Assembly (NCBI GenBank): GCA_951406725.2
Contig: OX597815.1
Location: 94,736,001 to 94,800,000 of the forward strand
DNA length: 64,000 nt
DNA from: Octopus vulgaris
Taxonomy: Eukaryota
Direction: 5' to 3'
Shown here: piece by piece, positions 1 through 17,075 of the stretch
How the letters are laid out: each line of letters starts with the position of its first letter
How positions within the stretch are numbered: position 1 is the stretch's first letter
Notes under the pieces: generated by a model
Database searches by the model: none
The model's input: only the letters and a program-made list of their open reading frames with translations
Told to the model about the DNA's origin: nothing
Translations under genes and position numbers: made by a program

Positions 1-157
1 TGTCCACATTTGGAAGTACTGAAACTTCATTCACATGTAGTAGGATGTTTTACTCTACTCTCACTCAATCTTGCATACAATGAAAATTTCGAATGCAATA
101 TTGACATAGATTGTGGACAGCCTTAGGGTCAGAAGAAGCCCAAGCTACCGTCTGAGC

Positions 158-1636
158 TAGGGCTCGCAAAAAGCCGATAATTCCCAAAAACCGAGTTTAA
201 GTATAAGTAATTATCAAAACCAGTTTTCGCGGATTTAGAGCGGTGTCCCTGTAACGAAGAACTTTGCTGTATATTTTAATTTGTTTATATACATACACAG
301 ATAAATAGAGAAAGTAACATGTTGACTGATGTCTACAAATATGTTGATGGTGCCTGTATCTATATCTATGTACAAACAATAACAAAAAGTAATGGTAACT
401 GAGAATCAATCAAGTTTCTTGACTTGCTTGATGATTCACTTTCCTTCGAAAATAATCTTTTAAAAAACACAATAGATTCAGTGTTTTACTTGGCAACCTT
501 GTCCTAATTTTTGTGTTGAAAAGTCCAGTAATTGAAAAAGCTCTTTTCGACTGGACCCTAGATGCTGTAGTTGTGAGCAATGCCCTATAAAGTTTCTCGA
601 GCGTTTCACTTCTGTTCGAAGTTGCTTCAAACATTTCGAATTACTTAGATATTTCAAATCCATCTGTTACTATCTTGAGCTCTTCATTCATTTCCTTCAT
701 TGCGATTGTGTATTTATGTATGAGTTCATTAACTTCGTAAATAGATGGGACAAAAGTAACACTTGTTTTTAGGTTCCCTCCTATTTCATTTTCTTTGTAT
801 AATTCTGTTGTGTTCTCAGCATCATGTTCAGGAAATAATCTTCTATATGTTTGTTCAGCATATTTCCTTAAATATTGTTTCGTTAAAAGAAAAGAAAAGG
901 TCCTGAAATTGATTCACCTTTAAACTTTCTTGGGTTATGTAAATACTTCAAGATAGTCAAGGTTTCGACATTTCCCCTCTTATTATATCTATGCATAAGT
1001 CTTTCACGAAGATTTAGAGCCAAAGGATTGCCGACGATATTAAGTTTATTCAATAAAAATTCTACAGAATATTCCGCTTTCCGTAAATACCTTTCATCAG
1101 CGCAAATAGCCTTCAAAATAATTTCTACTGGGTGCAGAATTGCATATAGTATATCGAGAGATTTCCATTCTTCGTTAGCTACGGCATCTGTGGAAAGTAC
1201 TGCTCGTAGAGCATTTGAAATGCAGCTTTTCAATTTAAAAAATCTCTCAATCATATGGAATGGGTTATTCCACCTAGTTCTGTAATCCAGTATAAGTTTA
1301 TATTCTCTGTTATCAAAGTTCGCTCGTACAAAATCTTGCAAAATTTCATTTTTTGTAGGAGATTTACGGAAAAGTTTTGAAATTTTTCTTACCTTATTTA
1401 AAACTTTGTTACATTCAGGTTTTAGCTGGGGAAAACAAGCATTTCCGTGAGCCAAATCTGTTTGAAAAATTATGTCTTTTTGTCTTATGTCAGCTTCATC
1501 ACCACTATCGTCTGTTATAGCGATCTCTTCACTTCTTTTATCAGTCTCATCGGTTGAGGCAATATTTTCAATATTTGTTTGATAGAGAATGTCGATCACA
1601 GACAGATGTATGCAATGTGTGAGACATTGTTGGTGA
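158..1636 (-). mobile_element. hAT DNA transposon remnant (3' half of transposase, disrupted)
   Basis: ORF 883-1599 has DYRTRWN and is preceded by CLTH (CxxH). ORF 410-634 has TTASRVQSKRAFS, resembling the hAT C-terminal dimerisation motif. TAGGGCTCGCAAAAAGCCG at 158 is a plausible hAT-type terminus. The 5' part is cut off by the adjacent LINE. Confidence 0.8.
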
Positions 1637-6105
<4,469 letters not shown>

Positions 6106-6108
<3 letters not shown>

Positions 6109-8410
6109 TAGTTTTATTATTATTTTTATAGCGTGCTTTCACTTCACTACCGAGCGCAGCTCTGTGTGCCTTGGGTATGTGCTGTGATTTGTTGTGATGC
6201 TCTGATGGTTATTGTATGGAAAGTGTTCTGCGTAGGATGTGTGCAGTGCCTAGTAGTGCAATTTTCTGTATGTTATATGTGTTTGTAAGTCCTGGTGTTT
6301 TTGTTATGTATTTGTCTGAATATTTTTTTATCATGCCTAATGCACCTACTATGATAGGAATTGTTTCTGTTTTCAGATTCCACATTCTAGTTACCTCTAT
6401 TTCCAGGTCTTTGTATTTTGAGAGTTTCTCCATTTCTTTTAGAGACACGTTGTCATCTGCCGGTACTGATACATCAATTAGAAAGCATTTTTTTTCTTCA
6501 TGGTCTCTGACAACTATATCTGGTCTGTTGGCCTTAATTTCTCTATCTGTGTGTATCGGCATATCCCAGAGTATGGTTGCTTTCTCGTTTTCTGTGACCT
6601 TTTCTGGTGTGTGCCTATACCATCTTTTTTCTGTTGTTATTCCATAATGTTGGCATAGCTTCCAATGTATGTAAGTTTCAACTCTGTCATGTCTGTGAAT
6701 ATATTCCTTCTTAGCCAGGACTGGGCAGCTAGAGATAATATGATTTATTGTTTCTTGTCCATCTCCACATATTCTGCAGTTACTTGTAATATTTCTTTTC
6801 ATTACATGTTTTTGGTAATTTCTGGTGGGGAGGCTTTGGTCTTGTGCTGCAATTAAAAATCCCTCTGTTTCTGCTTTGAGTCCTGAGCTTCTCAACCATT
6901 GCTGGGATTTTTCTTTGTCTATTTCTTTTGCGTTTAGTTTAGTCCAGTATTTACCATGAAGGGGCTTTTCTTGCCATCGTTTTATCATGGTTCGTTGCTG
7001 TTCTATTTTTAGTTTGGATTTCATTTTTTTTATAGCTTTTGTTGTTTCTTCATCTTCTTCTTCTTCTTCTTCTTCTTCTTCTTCTTCTTCTTCTTCTTCT
7101 TCTTCTTCTTCTTCTTCTTCTTCTTCTTCTTCTTCTTCTTCTTCATGTTTATTAGGTGGTATGATTTCTTGTTTGTATTTATCAGCTTCCTTAAATACTG
7201 AGAACAGTTTTTTGTTTTGCTCGTGTTTTGCCGCTATCTGGATCAGTTTTCCTTCCTTCTGAAGTAGATATTTTTGCAGTCCTATGGTGGTTATTTTATA
7301 GTAGTTTTCCAGCTGTATAAGGCCTCTACCACCTTCTATACGTTGTATATATAGTCTTTCTATGTCAGATTTTGGGTGATGCATCCTAGATCCTGTCAGT
7401 ATTTTTCTTGTTTTCCTGTCTATTTTGGTCAGTTCATTTCGTGTCCAGTTAAGGATATTGTAGCTGTAACTTATAACTGGGACAGCTAAAGTGTTGATAC
7501 CTATTATCTTGTTTTTAGCATTGAGCTCTGTGTTTAGTATTGATCTAACTCGTCTATAATATTCTTTTTTTATTTTCTCTTTCATTTGTGTGTGTTGTGT
7601 CTTATCTAGTTCATGGATTCCTAAGTATTTGTAAGTTTGGCTTTGGTCTAATTCTTTTATTTCATTTGCTTCATCTAGTGTGATGTTGTTACTCTTAACT
7701 AGTTTTCCTCTTTTCATGGTTACTTTGGCGCATTTTTCTAATCCAAATTTCATATCTATTTCTTTAGTAAATCCATGAACTGTCTTTAATAGTGTTTCCA
7801 GCTGTTTGTCATTTGCAGCGTATAGTTTTAGGTCATCCATATATAAAAGGTGGCTGATCGTTTTGCCGTAACATTTATATCCGCATCCAGTTCTATTTAG
7901 CATATCAGATAGAGGTGACAGTGCCAAGCAGAAAAGGAGTGGAGAGAGCGTATCTCCCTGGAATATTCCTCTTCTAATGAGGGATGTCTTTGGTTTTCGT
8001 GAGTCCCTCTTTTGTTTGGAGGTGTAGGACTGTTTGCCATTTATTCATAGAGTGCTCTATGAATTTTATGATTGTTGGTGCTACTTTGTTAATGGCTAGT
8101 GTTTCGAGGATCCATGTGTGGGGGATGCTATCAAACGCCTTTTTGTAGTCAATCCAGGCCATACTGAGGCCTTTCTTCTTTCTGTGGCTGTCTTCAGTTA
8201 TGGCTTTATTAGTTGATCTTTACAGCCATATGAGCCTTTGCGGCATCCTTTCTGCTCTTCTGGGAACAGTTTGTTTTCGTCCAGGTGCTTGTTCAGCCTT
8301 TGTGATATCACTGCAGTAAATGCCTTGAACATAGTAGGGAGGCAGGTTATTGGTCTGTAGTTTTCTGGTTTTTCTGTTTCATTTGATTTGGGAATTAAGA
8401 TGGTTTTCCC
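6106..8410 (-). mobile_element. 5'-truncated R4/Dong-clade LINE (RT + CCHC + restriction-like endonuclease) inserted in (TAA)n
   Basis: Motifs NYRPITCLPT, EEQKG, WIDYKKAFDSIPH, YMDD, CRICGDGQETINHIISSC, RHD, NRPDIVV, IDVSVP and IPIIVGALG. Short 3' UTR, and (TAA)n on both flanks, the known Dong target. Confidence 0.93.
6209..8410 (-). pseudogene. Dong/R4 polyprotein, split by two frameshifts (ORFs 8198-8410, 7974-8162, 6209-7927), with an in-frame poly-Glu tract
   Basis: Consecutive RT motifs occur in different frames; (GAA)n at ~7051-7145. Confidence 0.88.
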
Positions 8411-8428
8411 CTTCGTGAGCCATTCAGG

Positions 8429-8500
<72 letters not shown>

Positions 8501-8534
8501 CATCATCATCATCATCATCATCATCATTATTATA
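8411..8534. repeat. (TTA)n(CAT)n microsatellite
   Basis: Seen directly. Confidence 0.97.
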
Positions 8535-8659
8535 CTCAGGGAAAAAGGAAAGGATAGGTATTCAGAGAAGCTGTAAATATCAAATTATTTAAAGCTGGTC
8601 GTTTGTATACACTATGTATACATAATTCTTCATCTCTTAAATATAGAACTGTACTAATC

Positions 8660-10345
8660 GCTTTGTGTGTTCGAAAACTGCAGATATGTACGTTTCTTTA
8701 CTTATTTTGAGAAAAATTTAAAATACTCACAGGAAATTGCACATATTCCATTCTTTGAGAGTTATTTTTCAGTTGTCCTGCTGGGTTGTATTAGTGTTTC
8801 TGTTAGCGTTTCTGTGTCGTCGGCTGCTGACCGATCAGAGCAGCGAAGAACACGTCCAGCTACTGTCAAGGCTGGCGCCCACCAACTTTTTAAAGCTAAA
8901 ACTGATTGTTTGTGTGTTTGAAAACTGTAGATATGTAAGTTTCTTCACTTATTAGGCCGTCAAGTATGAAATTTGTAGTAAAGAATATGGCAAGCTTTGA
9001 CAGCTGCTTATTTTGCGCTATTATTGTATTTTGACAATCTTTATTTTTGTTAGAAAATAAAGATCGTCACATCTATTTCTTTATTCTAACTCATTTTGCG
9101 TTTTATATATAAATCGTTTTTTGCTATTTTTGTTTAGAGATGGTTAAGTCGCAAATTCGTACAGTTTTGAAATATGAATTTTTCTTGGAAGTACAGGACC
9201 ACAGACAGCTCTGGAATATTTCGTTCTAATGTTATTACACAGCAGGCAATATCAAATTGGATTGCAAAATTTCATTCTGGTAACTTTGACCTCACAAATG
9301 AGCAACGCGGTCGACCAGAAACAAAGATGGATAATGACAAACTGAAAGCCACCATCGAGTCAGATCCATCTCAAAGTGCCCGTGAATTATCGCTGTTGTT
9401 TGGTGTTAGCAAGCAAATAATATTGACTCACCTAGTTCAAATCGGTAAATTGAAAAATTTGGATAAGCGAGTTCCACATGAACTCAATGAAAATCAGAAA
9501 CAGCAACATTTGAAAGCCTGTTATGCTACTTTCTGGTTGCAAAAATGAATCATTTTTTAATCATTTTTGGATCGAATTGTACCGTGATGAGAAATGTATC
9601 CAATACAACAACCGTAAACGTTCAGCACAAAGGTTGGACAAAGATGAGCCACCAAAACACAGTCCAAAAAGCAAAGCTCATCAAAAGAAGCATATGGTAG
9701 GTGTTTGGTGGTCTGGCGCAGGTGTGATCCATGATGATATCATTAAACGTAGCTCATCAATCACGGCCGAAGTATACTGAAGTCAACTGATCCAAGTGAT
9801 GCAGAAAATTACAAAAAATAGCCTAGATTAATCAACAGATCCACTCCTATTTTATTGCAAGACAACGCCAAACCACATTGCAAAAATGACATTGGCGAAA
9901 CTACAGGAGTTGGAGTCGGAAGTTCTCTATCATCCACCATACTCACCTGAACTTTTTGATAGAAAAAAATAATTCCAACGATGCTGTAAAACAGGCCGTC
10001 CAAGATTTCATTGGCTCTAGATCGACAGGCTTTTACAGTTCCATGTTGTAAAAGCTGCTTCTGAAATGGCAAAAGTGTATTGACAATATGTGTGCATGCT
10101 TTGATTTATAAAACATTAGCAAACTATTTTTTCTTTTCTACAAACTTCATGCCTGACGGCCCAATATTTTGTGGGAAATTTAAAATAATTACAGAAAATT
10201 GTAGATATCCCAGTGTTTCAAAGTCATTTTTCAGTTGTCCTACTGGGTTGTATTAGTATTTTTCTGTTAGTGTTTTTGTGTCGTCGCCTACTGACAGGTC
10301 AGAACAGCGAAGAACACGTCCAGCCGCTGTCAAAGATGGCGCTCT
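8660..10345 (+). repeat. Tandem duplication of a ~250-bp unit; the second copy is split by a mariner
   Basis: 8660-8908 matches 8909-8951 joined to 10165-10345 (for example TTTTTCAGTTGTCCT.CTGGGTTGTATTAGT and CAGCGAAGAACACGTCCAGC). Confidence 0.85.
8952..10164 (+). mobile_element. mariner transposon, full-length, transposase pseudogenised
   Basis: TIR TTAGGCCGTCAAGTATGAAATTTGTAGTAAAGAA matches the reverse complement of the right end (TTGGGCCGTCAGGCATGAAGTTTGTAGAAAAGAA). TA duplication on both sides. Motifs RGRP, RVPHEL, RDEK, LQDNAKPH and HPPYSP in broken frames. Confidence 0.93.
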
Positions 10346-10368
10346 TATCCATTTGCTATTATCATAAA

Positions 10369-10380
10369 TATTATTATTAT

Positions 10381-10411
<31 letters not shown>

Positions 10412-10795
10412 ATTATTATTATTATTTTATTTTTATATGCACTCAACAGATTAGACTGTTGGGAAAGACAAAAATCCTAATATCGAGCTATAACAAGTAA
10501 GCTTAGATGCCAAGAACCTTCCTAAGTATCCTAGCTGTCCCTAATAATGCTGTTTTCTGGAGCTGTACTAATCTGGGTTTTATGCTTATTTCCTCTTTCC
10601 ATTTGTTCACATCTTTAGGAATAGTTCCCAATGCACCTATAACTACAGGGATACATTTTACCCGCACTGTCCATAGTTTCTCTAATTCAATATTTAGCTC
10701 CCGGTACTTAGCCATTTTTTCTATACTTCTTATATTAATGTTTTCATCATTTGGGACTGCAAAATCAATTATCTGGCACTTTCTATTCTCTTTAT

Positions 10796-10796
<1 letters not shown>
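10369..10796 (-). mobile_element. 3' fragment of an R4/Dong LINE with (TAA)n tail
   Basis: ORF 10503-10715 reads KYRELNIELEKLW...IPVVIGALG...QKTALLGTARILR; the tail lies at 10369-10426. Confidence 0.88.
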
Positions 10797-10849
<53 letters not shown>

Positions 10850-10882
10850 TTACTACTGCTGCTGCTTCTACTGCTGCTGCTG

Positions 10883-10926
<44 letters not shown>

Positions 10927-10927
10927 A
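10797..10927. repeat. (CTA)n grading into (CTG)n microsatellite
   Basis: Seen directly. Confidence 0.97.
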
Positions 10928-11570
10928 ATGTTTGAGTGATGTTATGAACCCCTCAGTGTAGAGCCTTCATTACCGAAATATAGATGAAAGAATAAGTGGC
11001 AAAATATTCCGGATTGTACATTCATTACTGTAGTAAAACAGAATAATTTAAATATTAAATAATTATGAGTTGGCTTGATTATACGATAAATATAACTTCA
11101 CAACCACAGGGATTTACGTTCAGTCATGAAATGGAGTATCGTGGGCAAGACTTTTCTACCACTGTTCCGAATCACCAAGTGTTGTTTCCGGGAGGGAAAT
11201 AACACCGAATGCTGTCATACACGTGTTTCTCTCTGCCTGTCCCTTTCATGCTTCTCTCAGTGTATATATAGAAAGACAATAACAAGAAGGAAAAATAGCA
11301 GATCTTTAATTCAGGATTACATCTCACAAAAGCCGATACGTGCTTCTGGCTATAAAAGAAACAGAAGTTGAGTTGAGGGTCTAATGTAACACCACGGAGC
11401 TTCTGAAAATCCAGGTATCACAATGATGGTGAGAATAATAATTAATCAAATTTAGGAGAGGTGAGAGGTAGTCAGTATCCAGTTGCATCATGTTACTTAA
11501 TACAGTGAACGAAACAACTGTAAACACAAATAATATGTATCTTTACATCTAACCTCTCCTGAATTTGATT

Positions 11571-11692
11571 ACACGCATACACACACACGCACTCACAAAC
11601 ACACACACACACATACGCGCGCATACACACACACGCACCCACAAACACACACGTTCACACACACAAACACGCACACAAACACACACACACAT

Positions 11693-11749
<57 letters not shown>
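11571..11749. repeat. (CA)n/(TA)n microsatellite
   Basis: Seen directly. Confidence 0.95.
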
Positions 11750-11750
<1 letters not shown>

Positions 11751-13407
11751 GGCAGTCCGATGATGACTTAACTGGCAGAAACTTCGAAGTCATTGTCGAG
11801 ATCATTCTTGTTTTTATTATAACTTAGCCTAAAAACAAACATAAAATGTGTATGCGCGCGCACGTGTTGTATGTGTCACATATATACAAACATACACAGT
11901 ATACATAATACATATGTTTGTATCTTTGGTTATGCTCTCACCGATCTAATGTCTAGTGTTGCTATTTTCTAATTTAGCGCTTTGGCATACATTAGTAGCA
12001 TTCGATGAAATAAGTTATGAATTCAATATGATCAACTTATTCCTTGGAGGCGGGGTGAAAACATGGCCAATGTCCAATAACTGAAACCAGTAAAAGATAT
12101 TGTAAGATGGAAAGAAATGTAGAATTGTTGTACAGTTGCACAATCTTTATTTTCTCTGTGGCGATTGCAGAGTATTTTAATTATATATTACATATAGGAA
12201 TTATTAATTATCGGAACTCATTTTAGAAATCAGATAGCAACGTCTGCTTTCCTATAATTTCAATCTTTGAATTACAGGATGTAGCAGTGAAATGCTTTTA
12301 GCTGAGTTGTAATCAATACTAATGATTATTAGATCCACCAATACATGATTTTACTGATGATTATCATGCATCATTATATCAACTTATATAAAATCAGAAA
12401 CCATTACACCAGCATATGTGGTCATCGAGTTCATTGTGTCAGAATTTCAAATTAAAATATATTTGTTAAACATGCTTCAAGTATATAGTCTTTTATTGTT
12501 GTTCAGCTGCAGTGGCATTCATGCCTTGGTTTCATTCCAGATAATGTATCTTAACATAATTTGTGTTCTTCTTTTTAAGACTGCAAGTTTTGATTTCAAG
12601 AACATTCGACTGCTATGTCTAGTAGGTTGAGCCATCCTGTAGACGCCTTTACTGGTTTTATTGGTTTATATTTTAATACGCTTGAGCTTTCGCGTTAACA
12701 TTGGATTGGAGATTATATGAGCAACGTCATAATTTTACATATAGGAGTGTTATTTTAACGAACATATTAACCTCAATTAAGTCAAATATATGCACTTTAT
12801 TTTCCATCACTCATTGGACTGGAGTCCTGATGAGGAACTATCTTCGAGGGTTTGAGATATTATAACTGTCCCAGTAATTTATATTATTATCTAACCATTG
12901 ATCACATGACATAAAGGGACATAACATAAATACAAGTTAAGCAGTTTAAGCGTAAACGTGAAAATTACCACTGATATAACCACACACGTACACAGATAAG
13001 GAAAGATTGCAAAGAAGATCATATGGATACACTTACCTGATACTCCTCAAAAGAGCGGTACTACACCATGAATATATTAAATAGCCATATGCCAGAAAAA
13101 CTCCAGTGCTTTACCATACTGATAAACGCTGGGGCACGAAGTTGGGCGAATTTTACAATTCTTTATCAGTGTAGCGATTGTACAACGGAACAAAAACAAA
13201 TAAACAAAATGCAATGCATGTTAATTGGCATATCTTTATTGAATCACTTCAGTGACTTTACAACACAACTGTATTTTTGTTCTGGACGGGTCTGATAACA
13301 TACTTGTAATAAGTTGTACTATGCTATTTTTCGAATTACGTAAAAAATGATCCCGTATATTCTCAAGCTTGAAACTGGTAGGTGAAAATATTACTATTTT
13401 TGTTAAT

Positions 13408-13905
13408 AATAGTAATTATAAGTTTAAAGCTTATAAGTGATCACCGTGTATTGGCTGAAGAAAGTAGTCTAACATTGGGGCATATAAACCTTCGACGGAA
13501 AATGTAGGTAATTACACACTCTTTTTCGTCGGGGCATTATATGCCCAATATTAGACTATTTTCTTTGGCCAACAAACGGTGATATCCTATATGCTTTAAG
13601 CTTATAACTATTATTTACAGACTTTTCGTTCCTCACTTGTTCTCCATTGGTTTTTTTTAAATTGAAAAACACAACACTATGAAATTATAGCTCAGAAATC
13701 TAACCGTATGGGGTAGGTTGATGCAATTGGTTAGCACGCTTATCACGAATATGAGGTGTGCTGGTTCGTTTTCCATGCATACTAATACTTACTTTTTTCC
13801 GCCGAGAGATTATAATCCCTGATATTAGACTCTTTTCTTTAGCCAATACACGATGATTGCTTATAAGCTTTAAGCTTATAATTATTACTATTTAGAGAGT
13901 TTTCC
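13408..13905 (+). mobile_element. Old non-coding element: inverted unit + unit + tRNA-like head + unit
   Basis: A ~95-bp unit occurs at 13521-13612 and 13795-13890, with an inverted copy at 13408-13503. A-box-like TGATGCAATTGG and B-box-like GGTTCGTTTTCC lie at ~13719-13774. Confidence 0.6.
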
Positions 13906-14399
13906 CTCGTCGCCGCTTCTAAACTTAACGCAGAAATCACTGTTTTTGTTTCGTAGTGTATTTTAAAACCACGCAAAAACATCAAACGTTGTGTTTTGAA
14001 GTTAGATAAAAACATTTGGTGCATTTTCCATTTTCGATTTTTTCTATATGGTGTGATTTATGTAGATATTTAAACATTTTCACTATATATATATATTTAG
14101 ATCAATATATAAATACAAAAATACACGTATGGATATTTACATATATATGCACACTCACATAACACATATATTTGCATATATGTACAGAAAAGTTGTTTGA
14201 AGTGTTTATACGCACATAGACTAATTCTATAGAACATCCTGTCATAGAAGCCAAACATGGTTAAAGGAGCGCCATTAAACATTAACACCGCATATTAATA
14301 TACACTCAGGCTTATATACATACGTTCGGACATATGTATATAGACACACACACATATATTACGCAAACACCCACATGTATTGATAGGCACAATATTAAT

Positions 14400-14535
14400 A
14401 TTACTGAATGGTTAAAAGATCCCTCCTCAACCACGATGTCCCAGATTTGATCCCAAAACATGGTTTGTTGGGCAATGTCATATTTATAGACCTGAAAGTG
14501 AAATTGGATACACGGAAACTGTATGGAAGCCCGAT
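14400..14535 (+). mobile_element. Degenerate tRNA-derived SINE (family of 57831-58128)
   Basis: TGGTTAA...CAACCAC...TTGGGCAA...GGAAACTGTATGGAAGCCCG matches the family pattern. Confidence 0.55.
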
Positions 14536-14708
14536 TGGTAGATTTTATCTATTATGAGTTGGTACAACCCTGTCACACACTGTTTCACTCACTTTCTTCT
14601 TGCGAAATTCGTTATGGGAATACCTGAGATTTGCTTTGCTATTTAAACCCGCATAAATTATTCAGTTGATGGAACTAGTGAATTGAAATAGAGATCGACA
14701 ACGCATGC

Positions 14709-14988
14709 TCTCTCTCTCTCACACACACACACAAACACACACACACGTACACACACACACACATGCACCAACGCACAAATGAGCATGCACAATTATCATA
14801 TGTACTTACATACATAAAATATCGGGTAAATATAAAGATGACACAGCCGGTCCAACAAGTGGACATATCTGCACGTAAAATGAAAACATTGAAGAAAAGA
14901 AAATACATATACTTTCTCTGTGTGAGTGTGTGTGTGCGCGTATGTGCCTGTCTATGTGCGTGTGTGTGCACGCGTGCGAGTGTGTTTC

Positions 14989-15019
<31 letters not shown>

Positions 15020-15085
15020 GTGCGCGTGCGTGTGTGCGTGTGTGTGTATGTATGTGTGTGTGTGCGTGCGTGTGTGCGTGTGTAT
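14709..15085. repeat. (CA)n and (TG)n microsatellites
   Basis: Seen directly. Confidence 0.9.
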
Positions 15086-16139
15086 ATGTTTACGCTGGTA
15101 TGTCCAAGTGGTTAAGATGTTCGCTTGACAATCATGAGATATCGACTTATGAGTGACGTACTAAAACCAGTCGAAAGGGCTGACTCCAATTTAAAATTCA
15201 CTCTTGGCAATCTATTTCGAATACAAGTATCCAACCGGTCGATAATTTAATTGATCGAATAACTGAACGCTTATGATATATACATAATTTTCATAGGTAC
15301 AATTAAAAAAAAAAAAGTATTTTCATGCCCGTATCTCAATGACAGCTCATGCATGTCTGTTACAAATACTGTGCACCATACACTAAGAATCATTGTTCAG
15401 CTATGGACATTCGTGAAATCCTAAGTAGTAATCTTAGTAAAACAATAAATAATTACACTCTACTTCTACATTGCGTATTTTTCTCACTTGTTTGTAAACT
15501 CAAACACGTACCAACACATGCACACACACAAAAATAATTGCATGTAATTATAGCAAATTATGCATTATAAATTATTTGGCATGTGGCTCGTAAATTGATT
15601 CCACTCTTGTGTAATTACAAGTGATATACAATGTTTGAAACATATCACTTTATCAATTAAGAGTTGATGGATTTTGGGAGTGGAAATAGATACCATAGAA
15701 AGTTAAAGATAATGTTTTCTGAAATATCAAATTATTCGAAAACTGACATCTCTGATTGAATATTTCCTTAGAAGCTGAGCTGAAGTACAGAAAATAAAAG
15801 AAGCAGTGCATTTTTCAATACATGAGAACTCAATCAGTAAATCTATCCTTTTTACTTCCGCCACCAAATATGGCTGCCGCTATTGAAAATGAAATATCAC
15901 TTAAATTAACATAACTTCTTCCTAAAACATAAATGCAAAGTTTGGAATCTGAGTATAGTAAATAAACTAGGCGTAGCTAAAGCTGCTTCGCTACGACTTT
16001 CATTTCAAACCTCGTTGTTCCGAGATCCATCCCACTGCATAGCACCATGGGCAAAAATCTAACATATTTTCCAGTGAGTAAAATATTTTCACTAAATTTT
16101 GTTTAATGGAATCTGTGAAGATGTCCATCAGAGGTATAG

Positions 16140-16700
16140 GTTGTCTTTTTGGCGTCCCTGCTCTATCTTTCCGAAGACGAAATTTCACATCTATAATGCA
16201 TCAGTCCTATCCGTTCTTCTCTATGGAGCAGAAGCATGACCTCTCACAAAGGCTCTGGCAAACGGATCGACGGTTTCGATAGCAGAGTCCTGAAAACTAT
16301 CGAGAACATCATTTGGTATCATCACGTTTCCAACGAAGAACTGTGTGCACACGCATCAGTCCGAAGCCCCCCCCCCCCTCATAGCTATCCGCTGCATGCG
16401 CTGCTATAGGCATGTCCTCTGCCTCCCGCAGAGGACCTTACTCTCGTTCGACGCAGCAGCTGGAGGCTGGAAGAGGTCTCGTGGAGGAACCGCACTCGAT
16501 TGTGATTAAGGAAAACCTTTAGGGGCTCGACGTCATCTTGGAGGATGCAGAGAGGCTGGCACGGCACCCTCAGCGACGGGGAGCACTGGTGACATGGTTG
16601 GCTCTATGCACGATGACCCCTATGCAAGCACTAATCTCGGATGTCCCCATCTCCCTCAAGTTAGAGCGTGAAGCAAGCAACAAGTAATCAAGCAGGCAAG
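16140..16700 (+). mobile_element. 3' fragment of an RTE-group LINE with degenerate (CAAG)n tail
   Basis: Translates to KTKFHIYNASVLSVLLYGAEA*, IDGFDSRVLK, HVSNEEL and LRCYRHVL. Confidence 0.75.
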
Positions 16701-16949
16701 AAAGCAACCACCCTCTTTAATGACTTCACATACTCTATAAGTGCTTAAATGAATTTCACTCTGTTGTAAGCAATAGGATCATATGTCCAGTCTGAAGATA
16801 ACATTCTCTATCTTTCCATCTGTCTCGTACACCCTGTAAAGTGTAATGGGCGTTAGTCTTCTTTCGCTGACCAATCTGTGAATTTAACGTTGAATTGAGA
16901 CTAAATCTTTTGAAACGCTCATTTCTTCGATTTAATATTAACAGTTCAG

Positions 16950-17075
16950 GGGGTGTCAAGAAGGCAGAACCCTTTGCACGCCGGGCCAAATGCTTAGCGG
17001 CATTTCGTCTGCTTTCACGTCCTGAGTTGAAATTCGACTTTGTCTTTCATCCTTTCGAGGTCGAGCACTGAGCCA
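16950..17075 (+). mobile_element. Truncated SINE (family of 41218 and 50658)
   Basis: GCACGCCGGGCCAAATGCTTAGCGGCATTTCGTC...CGACTTTGTCTTTCATCCTTTCGAGGTCGA. Confidence 0.8.

Noticed and set aside
12822-12870. CTGATGAG...GAGA hammerhead-like string
   Set aside because: GAAA, stem III and the cleavage triplet are not intact; it cannot be distinguished from chance.
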